From the NCBI RefSeq assembly GCF_009914755.1, contig NC_060946.1: a stretch of DNA of 64,000 nucleotides; one strand, given 5' to 3'. The notes under the pieces are model-generated. The model ran no database searches and had not been told where the DNA came from. It saw nothing but the letters and a program-made list of their open reading frames with translations. The position numbers and the translations under genes are program-made. Numbering within the stretch: the stretch's first letter is position 1; each line of letters opens with the position of its first letter. This stretch comes from the human T2T-CHM13v2.0 reference genome, Homo sapiens. Shown piece after piece: positions 13,901-27,440 of this stretch.

Positions 13901-16900
13901 ATGAACTCGAGTGGTAAGGTACGGAATTGAAAGGACTCGAATGGAATGCAATGTGAAGGAATGAAATCGAGTCGAATGGAATGGAATGGAATTGAATGCA
14001 GAAGAAAGAATTGTAATGGAATGAAATGGAATGGAATGGAATGGAATGGACTCGAATGGAATAGAAATGAATGGAATGGACATAAATGTAATGGAATGGA
14101 TTGGAATGGAATGGACTCGAATGGAATGGAATGGAAGGGAATGTACACGAATGGAATGGAATGTAATGGACTCGAATGGAATGGAATGGAATGCACACAA
14201 ATGGATTGGAATGCAATGGACTCGAATGTAATGGAATGTACGTGAATTGTATAAAATGGAATGGAATGGAATGTAGTGGAACGAAATGGAATGGACGCGA
14301 ATGTAACGGAATTGAATGGACTCGAATGGTATACAATGGAATGGACTCAAATCTAATAAAACGGAATTGAATAGACTCTAATGTTGTTGAAAGGAAAGGA
14401 ACCGAATGGAATGGAGTGGAATGGAATAGACTCGAATGGAATGGAATGGAAAGGAACCGAAAGGAATGGAATGGAATCGAATGGAATGGAATTGAATGGA
14501 ATGGACCCAAACAGAATGTAATTGAATTTACTCGAATAGAATGGAATGGACTCGAACGAAATGGAAAGGAATGGACTCGAATGGAATGGAATGGAATGGA
14601 ATGGATTGGAATGGAATGGAATGAGATGGAACAAAAAGGAATGGACTTGAATGGAATGGAATGGACTCAAATGGAATGGAACGGAATGGAATGGAATGAA
14701 ATGGACACAAATGGAATGGAATGGACTCGAATGGAATGGAATGGAATAAACAAGAATGGAATGGAAAGGACGCGAATGGAATGGAATGGAATGGAATCGA
14801 GTTGAGTGGAATGGAATGGAATGTACTCGAATTCAATGGAATGGAATTCAATGGACGCTGATGGAATGGAACCAAATGGAATGGAATGCAATGGAATGGA
14901 ATGGAATGGACACAAATGGAATAGAATGGAGGAGATTCAATAGAATGGAATGGAATGGAATAGGCTCTAATGGAATGGAATGGAAAGGACATGAACGGAA
15001 TGGAATGGGCTTGAATGGAATGGAATGGAATGAACTGGAATGGAATGGAATTGAATGGACTGGAATGAACTTGATTGGAATGGAGTGCAATTCAATGGAA
15101 CGGACACGAATGGAATAGAATGGAATGGAATGGAATGGAATGGAATGGAATGGAATGGAATGGAATGGAATGGACTCAAATGGAAAACGTTGAAATAGAA
15201 TGGACTCTAATGGACTGGAATGAACTAGTATGGACTCGAATGGAATGGAATGGAATGAACTCGAAAGGAATGGAATAGACTCGAACGGAATCGAATGGAA
15301 TGGGACTGAATTGCCTAGAATGGAATGGAATTCAATGGATTCGAATGGAATAGAATGGAATGTACTGGAATGGAATGGAGAGGAGTGGAGTGGACTCGAA
15401 TGGAACGGAGTTGAATGGAATCAAATGGAATGGACTGGAAATGAATAGACTCGAATGGAATGGAATGCACCAGAATGGAATGGACTCGAATGCAATGGAA
15501 GTTAAAGGAATGAAATTTACTCAAATGGAGTGTAATGGAATGGAACGGACTCGAAAGGAATGGAATTGAATGGAATGGAAGTCAATGTAATTGAATGGAA
15601 TCTACTGCAGTGGAATGGAATGGGAAGGAATGGACTCATAATGAATGGAATGAAATGGAATGGAGTCGAATGGAGTGGAATGTAACGGGATGGAATGAAC
15701 TCGAATGGAATGGAAGTTAATGGAATGAAATTTACTCAAATGGAGTGGAATGGAATGGAATGGACATGAATGGAACAGAATGGAATGGAATGTTTTCGAA
15801 TGGAACACAAAGGAATTTAATGGAATGGACTCTAATGGAATGGAATGGAATGGAATGGAATGAACTTGAATGGAATAAAATGGAATTGAATCGAATGAAA
15901 TGGAATGTACTCAATGGACTCGAGTTGAATAGAATGTAATGGACTCTGATGGAGTGGAATGGAAATGAATGGACTCGAAAGGAGTGGGATGCAATACAAT
16001 GGAATGGAATGGATTGGAATGGAATGGACTCGAATGGAATGGAATGCAATGCAATGCAATGGACTCGAATGGAATGGTATGGAATTGAGGCGACTGGAAT
16101 TGAAGGAAATGGACCTAAATGGAATGGAATGGACTCTAATTGAACACAATGGAATGACTTGGGCTCAAATGGAATGGAATGGAAAAGAATGGAATGGAAT
16201 AGAATGCACACTAATGGAAAGGGTTTGAATGGAATAGAATTGACTTGAATGGAGTGGAATGGACTCGAGTGGAATGGCATTGAATTTACCCGAATGGAAC
16301 GGAAAGGAATGGAATGGACTCAAATGGAATGGAATGGAATGAAATCGAATGGAATGGAATGCACGCGAATGGAATCGAATGGAATGGAATCGACTTGAGT
16401 GGAACGGAATGGGATGGAATATACTCGAATTTAATGGAATGGAATTGAATGGACGTGAATGGAATGGAATGGAATTGAAGCAAGTGGAATGGAATGGAAC
16501 GGAAGGGACTCGAATGGAATGGAATGGAATGAACTCGAATGGAATGGAATGAATGCGAATGCAATGGAATGGAATGGAATCGACTCGAGTGGAATGGAAT
16601 GGAATGGAATGAAATGTACTCGAACTTAATGGAATGGAATTGAATGGACGTGAATGGAATGGAATGGAATTGAACCAAGAGAAATGGAATGGAATGGAAT
16701 GGAATGGAATGGAATGGAATGGATTGCAATGGAATGGAATGGAATTGAGTGGAATGGAATTGAATAGAAAGCATTTGAATTGAATTGATCTGAATAGAAT
16801 GGAATCGAATGGAAAAGAATGGAATGGAATACAATGGAATGGAATGGAATAGAATGAAATGGAATGGAATGTAATAGAATGAAATGGAATGGAATGGAGA

Positions 16901-19900
16901 GGAACGGAGAGGAATGGAATGGAATGGAAAGGAATGGAATAGAATGGAACGGAATGGAATGTAATGGACTTCAATGGAATAGAATGGAATGGAATTGATA
17001 GGAATGGAATGGAATGGATTCGAATGGAAAGGAATGCACTCCAACGGAATGAAATGAAATGGAATGGGCTCGAATTGAATAGAATGGAATTTACTGGGTT
17101 GGAGTCCAAGGAAATGGACTCTAATGGAATGGAATGGAATGGACCCGAATGGAATAAAACGGATTTGTATGGAATCGAATTGAATGGAGTGGAATGTACA
17201 TGAATGGAATGGAACGGAATGGAATGGAATGGAATGGACTTGAACAGAATAGAAAGGAATTGAATGGATTGGCCTCAAATGAAATGGAATGAAATGGACT
17301 CGAATAGAATGGAATGGACTCGAAATGAATAGAATGGAATGGAATGAACTCTAATGGAATGGAAGGGAATTGTCTCAATAGGAACGGAATGAAATGGATA
17401 CGAATGGAATGGAATGGAATGGACTCGAATGGAATGGAATGCAGTGGACACGAATGTAATGGAAAGGAATGGAAAGGAATGGAATGAAATGCAAAGGAAT
17501 GGAATAAAAAAGGAATGGAACGGAATCGAGTGGACTTGAATGGAATGGAAAGGACTCGAGTGGAATGGAGTGGAATGGAAAGGACTCGAATGGAATGGAC
17601 TCGAATGGAATGGAGTGGAATTGATTCGTACAGAATGGAATGGAATGGAATGGATTCGAGTCAAACGGAATGAGACGCTATGGAATGTACTCGAAAGGAA
17701 TGGACTCGAATGGAATAGAACGAACAGAAATGGAACAGAATGGAATGGAAAGGACTCGAATAGAATACAATGGAATTTAATGGAATGGTCTCTAATGGAA
17801 TGGAATGGAATAGACTAGAATGGTATGGAAGGGAATAGACTAGAGTGGAATGGAAGGCAATGGAATGGTCTCCAATTGAATGGAATGAAATGGACTCATA
17901 TGGCACTGAATGGAATCGAAAGGAATGGAATGGAAAGCAATGGAATGGATTTGATTGGAATGGAATGGAATGGGCTCGAATGGAATGGAATGCAATAGAA
18001 TGGACTCGAATGGAATTGAATGGAATTGACTCAAATGGAATTGAATGGAGTGGACCCGAATGGAATGGATTGAAGTGGAATGGACTCGGATTGGATTGAA
18101 TGGAATGGATTGGGCTCAAATGGAATAGAATGGAATGGAATGGATTCGAATGGAATGGACTCAAATAGAATAGCATGGAATGGAATGGTCTCGAATGCAA
18201 TGGAATGGAATGGAACCAAACAGAATGCAGTTGAATAGACTCGAATGGAATGCAAGGGAATTGAATGGACTCAAATGGAATGGAATGTATCAGAAAGGAA
18301 TGAACTCGAATGCAATGGAAAGTAATGGAAAGAAATCGACTTGAATTTAATGGACTAGAATGGAATGGAATGGAATGGAGTGGAATGGAATGGAATCAAA
18401 CGGAATGCATTTGAATTGAATGGACACGCAAAGAATGGAATGGAAAGCAATGGAATGGATTAGAATGGAAAGGAATGGAATGGAGACGAATGGAGAGGAT
18501 TGGAATGGAATGGAACGGAATGGAAAGGAATGGACATGAATGGAATAGAATGGAATCGAATGGAATGGACACGAATGGAATGGAATGTCCTTGAACAGCA
18601 TGAAATGAAATGGAATGGAATCGAATGGAATTTACTGGATTGGAGTCCAATGAAATGGACTCTAATGGAATGGGATGGACTCGAATGCTATAAAACGGAA
18701 TCGGATGGACTCGAATGGAATGGAGTGGAATTGACATGAATGGAATAGAATGGAATACAATGTAATGGACTGGAATGGAATGGAATGGAATGGAATATAA
18801 TGGAATGGTATGGATTGGAAACACATTTAATGGAATGGAATGGTCTCGAATGGAAAGGAATGGACTCTACTGGAATGGAATTGAAAGGAATCGAATCTAA
18901 TGGAATAGAATGGAATTTAATGGATGGGAATCTAATGGAACGGGCTCTAATGGAATGCATTGGAATGGACTCAAATGGAATCGAATGGAATGGAATCGAA
19001 AGGAATGGAATGGAATGGAAAGGACTCATGTGGAATGGAATGGAATGGAATCGAATGGAATAGAATGGAATGGAATGAAATCGAATGGAAAGGAGTGGAA
19101 TGGACACGAATGGAATGGAATGGAATGGAAAGGACTTGAAATGAGTAGAATGGAAATGAAAAGAATGGACTCGAATGAAATGGAATGGAATGGATTCGAA
19201 TGGAATGCAATGGACTCGAGTAAAATGGAATGGAATGGAATGGAACTGGATGGAATGGACTGGAATGTAATGCAGTGGAATGGATTCGAATGGAATGGAG
19301 TGGAATTGATTAGAATGTAATAGAAGGGAATGTAGTCGAATGGAATTGAATGGAATGGAGTGAAATGGAATAGAATGGAATGGTGAGGAATGGAATTGAA
19401 TAGAATGGAATGGAATGGAATAGAATAGAATGGAATGGAATTCAATGGAATGGAATAGAATGGAATGGAATGGAATGGAATGGAATAGAAAGGAAGAGAA
19501 TGAATTAGAAGGGAAAGGAATGGAATTGAATGAAAGCAAAAAGAAAGGAACGGATTCAAGGGGAATGGAATGCAGTGGAATGGACTTGAATGGATTGGAA
19601 TAGATTTAACCCGAATGGAATTAAATGGAATGGCCCCACATGGAATGGAATGGAATGGATTGGAATGGACTCGAATTGAATGCAATGGAATGGATTGGGC
19701 TGAAATGGAATGGATTGGAATGGAAAAGATTCAAATGGAATGGATTGGATGGAATGGGATTGAATGGAATGCACTCGAATGGAATGGAATGGAATGGAGT
19801 CAAACTGAATAGCATGGAACGGAATGGACTCGAATGCCATGGAATGGAATGGACTCGAATGGAACGGAATGGACTCAAACCGAATGAAGTGGAATGGACT

Positions 19901-22900
19901 CGAAAGGAATGGAATGGAACTGAAAGGTCTCAAGTGGATTGGAATGTAAGGAAGTGGAATGAACTCGAATGGAAAGGAATGGAATGGAATGAAATGCACT
20001 GTAATGCAATGGAATGGAATGGAATGGAATGGAATGGAATGGAATGGAATGGAAAGGAATGGAATTGAATGAAATGGACTTGAATGGAATATAATTGAAG
20101 GGAATGGAATGCACTCGGAAGGAATGGAATGGAATGGAATGGAGTGGAATGGAGTGCAATGGAATGGAATGGAATGGATTGCAATCAAATGGAATGGAAT
20201 GCAATGGAATCGAATGGACAAGAATGGAATGGAATGGAAGGTAATGGAATGGAATGGAATAAAATGGAATGGAATTGATTGGACTTGAATGGAATAGAAA
20301 GGAATGCAATTTATTGGACTCAAATGAAATGGAATGGACACGAATGGAATGGAATGGACTCAAATGGAATGGAATGAAATGGAATAGAATGTATTGGAAT
20401 GGAATGGACTCGAATGGAATGGAATGGACTCGAATGGAATGGAATGGAAATCAGTGCACAAAAAAGAAAGGGAATGGACTCGAATGGAATGGAGTGTAAT
20501 AGAATGGACTCGAATGGAATGGAATGGAATGGAATGGACTCAAATGGAATGGACTCGAATGGAATGGAATGAAATGGAATGGAATGGAATGGAATGGAAT
20601 GGACTCGAATGGAATGGAATGGACACGAATGAAATGGAATGGAATGGACAGGAATGTATTGGAATCGAATTCATTGAAATGGAATAGAATATAATGGAGA
20701 CGAATGGAATGGAATGGAATGGAATGTACTGGAATGGAATTGGTTTGAATGGAAAGGATTCGAATGGAATGGAATGGAGTGGACTCAAATGGAATAGCAT
20801 GAAATGGAATGGGCTCGAATGCAATGTAATCGAATGGACTCATTAGGAATGGAATGGACTTGAACAAAATGGAGTGGAATGGACTTGAATGGAATGGAAT
20901 GGATTTGAATGGATTCGAATTGAATGGAATGTAAGGGAATAGAATGGACTCGAATGTAATGTAATGTAATGTAATGAAATGCACTTGAACGGAATGGAAG
21001 AAATGGACTTCAATGGAATGGAATGAACTGGAATGGAATGGACTCCATGGGAATGCAGTTAAATTGAATGGACCCGAAGGATTGGAATGGAATGGAATGG
21101 AATGGAATGGAATGGACTCGAGGGGAATGCAGTTGAATTGAATGGACCCGAAGGAATGGAATGGAATTGAATGGACTCAAGTGGAATGCAATGGAATTGA
21201 TTGGAATAAAATGGAATGGACTTGAATGGAATGGAGTGGAATGGAATTGACCCGAGTGGGATGGAATGGAATGGAATGGAATCGAATGAAATGGAATGCA
21301 GTGGAATGGTCCCGAATGGATTAGAATGGAATGGAAAGGAAAGGAATGGAATGGAATGGAATCGAATGCAATGGAATGGAATGCAATAGACTCGAATGAA
21401 ATTCAATGGAGTGGAATGGACTCTATTGGAATAGAAGGGAATGAAATGGATTGGACTCAAACGGAATGTAATGGAATGGACACGAATGGAATGGAATGGA
21501 TACAAATGGAATGCAATGGAATGGAATGGACTTGAATGGAATACAAATGGAATTTAATGGGAGGGATTGTAAAGGAATGAAATGGACTGGGCTCGAATGG
21601 AATGGAATGGAATGGACTCAAATGGAATGGAATGCAATGGAATGTACTCGAATGTATTGGAATGGAATCGACTTGAACGGAATGGAATGTAATTCATTGG
21701 ACTAGAAAAGAGTAGAAGGGAATGCAAAGGAATGGACTCGAATGGAACGAAATGGAATGGAATGGAATGGTCTCAAATGGAATGGAATGCATTCCAATGG
21801 ACTCGAATGGAATGGAATGGAATTGACTCGAATGGAGTTGAATGGAACGAACCTGAATGGAATGGAATAGAATGGAATGGAAGGGACTCGAATGGCATGT
21901 AACGGAATGGATTGGAGTCAAAGGGAATGGAAAGGATTTGAAGGGAATGGACTCGAATGGAAAGCAGTTGAATTGAATTGACACGAAAGGGATGGAGTGG
22001 AATGAAATGGAATGGAATGGAATGGCATTGAATGGAATGGACTTAACGGAATGGAATGGAGTGGAATGGATTGGAATTGAATGGACTTGAAGGGAATAGC
22101 ATGGAATGGAATGGAATGGACTTGAAGGAAATGGAATGGAATGAATTCGAATGGAATGGAATCGCCTCGAATTGAATGGAATGGAATGGAATCAAGTGCA
22201 ATGGAATGGAATGGACTTGACTGGAATAGAATGGAAGGGAATGGAATCGAATGGAATGGAATGGACACGAGTGGAATGGAATGGAATGGAATGGAATGGA
22301 ATGTTATGGACTGGAATGAAGTTGAATGGAAGAGAAAGGAATGGATTCAAAAGGAATGGAATGGAATGCACTCCAAAGGAATGGAATGGACTCGACTAGA
22401 ATGGAATGTAATGGTCTCGAAAGGAAGAGAATGGAATTGACTCAAATGGAATGGAGCGGAAAGGAATGGAGTTGAATGGAGTGGAGTGGAATGCACTAGA
22501 GTGGAATGGAACGGAATTGAATATACTCAAATGGAATGGAATGGGCAAGAAAGAAACGTAATGTAATTGAACCGAAGGAAATGGAATGAAATGGAATGGA
22601 ATGGAGTCGAATGGAATGGAATGGAATGGAATGCAATGCAATGGAATGGAATGTATTGGAATGGAATGGATTCAAAAGGAAAGGAATGGAATAAAATTGA
22701 ATGAACACGAATCGATTGGAATGCAATGGATTCGAATGGAATGGAATGTACTCGAATGGAATGAAATGGAATGGAATGGAGTGGAATGGAATGGAATGTA
22801 CTTGAATGGAATGAAATGGAATGGAGTGGAATGGAATGGATTGGACTCAAATGCAATGGAATGGAACGGACTCGAATGGTGTAGAATGGAATGGACTCCA

Positions 22901-22939
22901 ATGGAATGGAACGGAATGGAATGGACTCCATTGGAGTTG

Positions 22940-25900
22940 AATGGAATGGACCCAAATGGAATAGAATGGAATGGAATGGACTCAAATGTAAAGTAATGGA
23001 AGGGAATGGACTCGAATGGAATGGTATGGAATGGAAAGGACTCGAATGGAATGGAATGGAATGGAAACGAATGGAGTGTAATGGAATGGACTCCAATGGA
23101 ATGGAAAGGAATTGAATGGAATGAAATGGAATCGGGTCAAATGGAATGGAACGGAAATGAATGGATGCGAATGGAATTGAATGGAATGAAATGGACTCCA
23201 ATGATTAGAATGGATTCAAAAGGAATGGACTAGAGTGGAATGGAATTGAACTGATTGACCTCGAATGGAATGGAATAGAATGCAATGGACTCAAATGGAA
23301 TGGAATGGACTCGAGTGGAATGCAATGGACTGGAATGGAAAGGAATGGAATGCACTTGAATGGAAAGAAATGGACTCAAATGGAATGGAATGGACTAGAA
23401 TGGAACGGAATGAAATGAAATGGACTCGAGTAGAATGGAAAGGACTCGAATGGAACAGCATGGATTTTCATGGATTCAAATGAAATGGAATGGAATGGAA
23501 TGGACTCAAATGGAATGGAATTGAATGGAGTCGAATGGAATGGAAAGGCTTCGAGTGGAATGCAATGGACTAGAATTTAAAGCAATGGAATGGACTTGAA
23601 TGGAACAAAATGGACTCAAATGGAATGGAATGGAATGGAATGGAATGGACACGAATGGAATTGACTCAAATGGAATCGAATGGACTCGAATGAAATGGAA
23701 TTGGATGGAACGGACTCCAATGGAATGAACTCGAATGGAACAGAATGGAATGGACTCGAATGAAATGAAATAGGATGGAATGGACTCGATTTGAATGGAA
23801 TGTAATGGACTCAAATGGAATGGAATGTACTCGACAGGAATGCAATGGACTAAAACGGAGAGGAATGAATGGACTTGAATGGAATGAAATGGACACAAAT
23901 GGAATGGAATGGAATGGAAAGGACTCTAATGGAATGGAATGGACACGAATGGAATGGAATGGAATGGAAAGGACTCGAATGGAATACAACTGAATTTAAT
24001 GGAAAGGTCTCTAAAGGAATGGAATGGAATGGGATGGACTTGAATGGAATAAAATGGAATAGACTTGATTGGAATTTAATGGAATAGAATGGAGTGGAAT
24101 GGAAGGGAAAGGAATGGACTCGAATAGAATGGAATTCAATTTAATGGCCTCAACATGAATGAAATGGAATGCAATAGAATGGACTCGAATGTAATGGGAT
24201 GGAATGGGCTATAATGGAATGGAATGTAATTAATTGATCTCAATAGGAATGGAATCGAAAGCAATGGAATGGACTCGAATTGAATGGAATGGAATTGACT
24301 CGAATGGAATTGAATGGAATGGACTCGAAAGGAAGAAAATGGAATGAACTCGAGTGGAATGGGGTGGAATGGAATGGTCTCTAATGGAATAGAGTGGAAT
24401 GGAATCGAATGGAATGGAATAGAATGGACTCGAATGGAATGAAAAGTAATGGAATGGAATGGACTCGAATGGAATGGAATGGAATGGAATACAATGTCCT
24501 CGAAGGCAATGCAATGGAATGGACTTGAATGGAATGGAATAGACTCGAATGGAATGGAATGGAATAAACTAAAGTGGAATGGAATGGAATGGAATGGAAT
24601 GGAATGGAATGGAATGGAATGTATTGGAATGGAATGGAATGTATTGGAATGGAATGGACTCAAACAGAAAGGAAAGGAATGGATCCGAATGGAAAGGAAT
24701 GGAATGGAATGGACTCGAATGGAAGGGAATGGAGGGGAATGGACTCAAATGGAATAGAATGGAATGGAATGGATTCGAATGTAATGGAATGGAATGGACT
24801 AGAGTGGAATGGAATTGAATTTTATGACCTCGAAAAGAATGGAATGGACTCGAATGGAATGGAATGGAATGGAGTCGAAAGATCTAGAATGGAATGGACT
24901 CTAATGGAATGGAATGGAATGGAATCGACTCAAGTGGATACAATCCAATGGAATGGAATGTAAAGAAATGGAAATTTGTGGAATGGAAACAAAAGAAATG
25001 GAATGGAATGGACCCGAATGGAATGAAATGGAATGGTTTGGATTTGAATGGAATGGAACGGAATGGAATGGACTTGAATGGGGTTGAATGGAATGGACCC
25101 GAAAGGAATGGAATGCAATAGAATGGAAACAAATGTAATGGAATGGAATGGACTCGAATGGAATGGTATGGAATGGAAAGGACACGAATAGAATGGAATG
25201 GAATGGAATGGAATGGACATGAATGCTGTGTAATGGAATGGACTCGAATTGAATGGAAAGGACACTAATGGAGCGCAATGGAATGGGGTCGAATGGAATG
25301 GAATGGAAATGAATGGATTCGAATGGAATTGAATGGAATGGAATGGACTCGAATGGAATGGAATGGATTCGAATGTAATTTAATGGATTAGAATGGATTG
25401 AAGTGGAATGGAATGGAATGGACTAGAGTGGAATGGAATTGATTTCAGTGACTTCGAATGGAATGTAAAGGAATGGAATGGAATATACTCGAATGGAAAG
25501 GAATGGACTCTAGTGGAATGCAATGGACTAGAATGGAAAGGAATGGAATGGAATCGAATGGAATGAAATGGACCCAAATGGAATGGAATGTACAAAGATG
25601 GAATGGAATGGAATGGAATGGAATGGAATGGACTCGAATGGAAAGGAATGGATTTTAATGGAATCGAATGAAATGAAATGGAATGGAATGGAATGGATTT
25701 GAATCGAAGAAATTGGAATGGACTCGAATGGAATGGAATCGAATAGAATGGAACGGAGTGGAATGGAATGGACTCGAATGCAATGGAATGGAATGGACTC
25801 AAATGGTGCAGAATGGAATGGACTCGAATGGAAAGGAATGGAATGGAATGGACTCGAATGGTTTAGAATGGAATGGAATCGAACGGAATGGAACAGAATG

Positions 25901-27440
25901 GGAAGGTCTCGAATGGGTCTGAATGGAATGGACCCGAATGGAATGGAATGGAATGGAACGGAAACAAATGTAATGTAATGGAATGGAAGAGACTAGAGTT
26001 GAATGGTATGGAATGGAAAAGACTTGAATGGAATGGAATGGACACGAATGAAGTGTAATGGAATGGACTCAAATTGAATAGAAAGGATCAAATGGAGCGC
26101 AATGGTATGGGGTCGAATGGAATGGAATGGAAATGAATGGATTCGCATGGAATGGAATGGACTCGAATGGAATGGAATGGATTTGAATGTAATTTAATTA
26201 ATTGGAATGGATTGAAACGGAATGGAATGGAATGGACTTGAGTGGAAAAGAATTGATTAGAATGACTTCGAAAGGAATGGAATGAAATGGAATGGAATTG
26301 AATGGGATGTAATGGAATGGAATATAATCGAATGGAAAGGAATAGACTCCAGTGGAATGCAATGGACTAGAATGGAGAGGAATGGAATGGACTCGAATAG
26401 AATGAAATGGACTCAAATTGAATGGAATGGACTCGAATGGAATGGAATTGAATGGAATGGTCTCGAGTGGAATGGAATAAACTCTAATGGAACAGATTGG
26501 AATGGACTCAAATGAAATGAAATGTAATGGAATGGGCTTGAATGGAGTGGAATGGAATGGACTCCAATGGAATGGAATGGACTCGAATGGAATGCAATGG
26601 ACTAGAATGGAAAGGATTGGAATAGACTTGAATGAAATGAAATAGATTCAAATGGAAAGGAAGGAAATGAAATGGACTCGAATTGGATGGAATGGACTCA
26701 AATGGAATGGACTCAAATGGAATGGAATGGACTCTAATTGAATGGAATTCAATGGAATGGACTCGAATGGAATGAAATGAACTCCAATGGAACAGAATGG
26801 AATGGACTCGAATGAAATGAAATGGAACGGAATGGACTCGACTGGAATGCAATAGACTAGAATGGAAAGGAATGGAATGGACTTGAATGGAATGAAATGG
26901 AATGAAATTGACACAAATGGAATGGGATGGAATGGAATGGACTCGAATGGAATGGAATGGATTTGAATGGAATGGAATGGACACTAACGGAAAGGAATGG
27001 AATGGAATGGACTCGAATGGAATACAACTGAATTTAATGGAATGGTCTCTAAAGGAATGTAATGGAATGGACTTGAATGGAATAACATGGAATAGACTAG
27101 AATAGAATTTAATGGAATGCAATGGAGTGAATGGAAGGGAATGGAATGGACTCGAATAGAATGCAATGCAATTGAATGCTATCAAAAGTAATGGAATAGA
27201 ATGCAATGGAATGGACTCGAATGTAATGGGATGGAATGGACTATAATGGAATGGAATGCAATTAAATGGTCTCGATAGGAATGGAATCGAAATCAACGGA
27301 ATGGATTTGAATTGAATGGAATGGAATTGACTCGAACGGAATTGAATTGAATGGACTCGAATGAAAGGATGTGGAATGGACTCGACTGGAATGGAGAAGA
27401 ATGGAATGGACTCGAATGGAATAGAGTGGAATGGAATCAA
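22940..27440 (+). repeat. Diverged ~1.5-kb duplication within HSat3 (~22940-24430 vs ~25925-27440), with a partial extra copy at ~25090-25600
   Basis: Rare landmarks occur in the same order: GGAATACAACTGAATTTAAT at 23981 and 27019; GGGTC(A/G)AATGG...GGAAATGAATGG at ~23134, ~25286 and ~26110; GGAGCGCAATGG at 25270 and 26094; GTAATGGGATGGAATGG(G/A)CTATAAT at ~24191 and ~27223. Confidence 0.8.
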
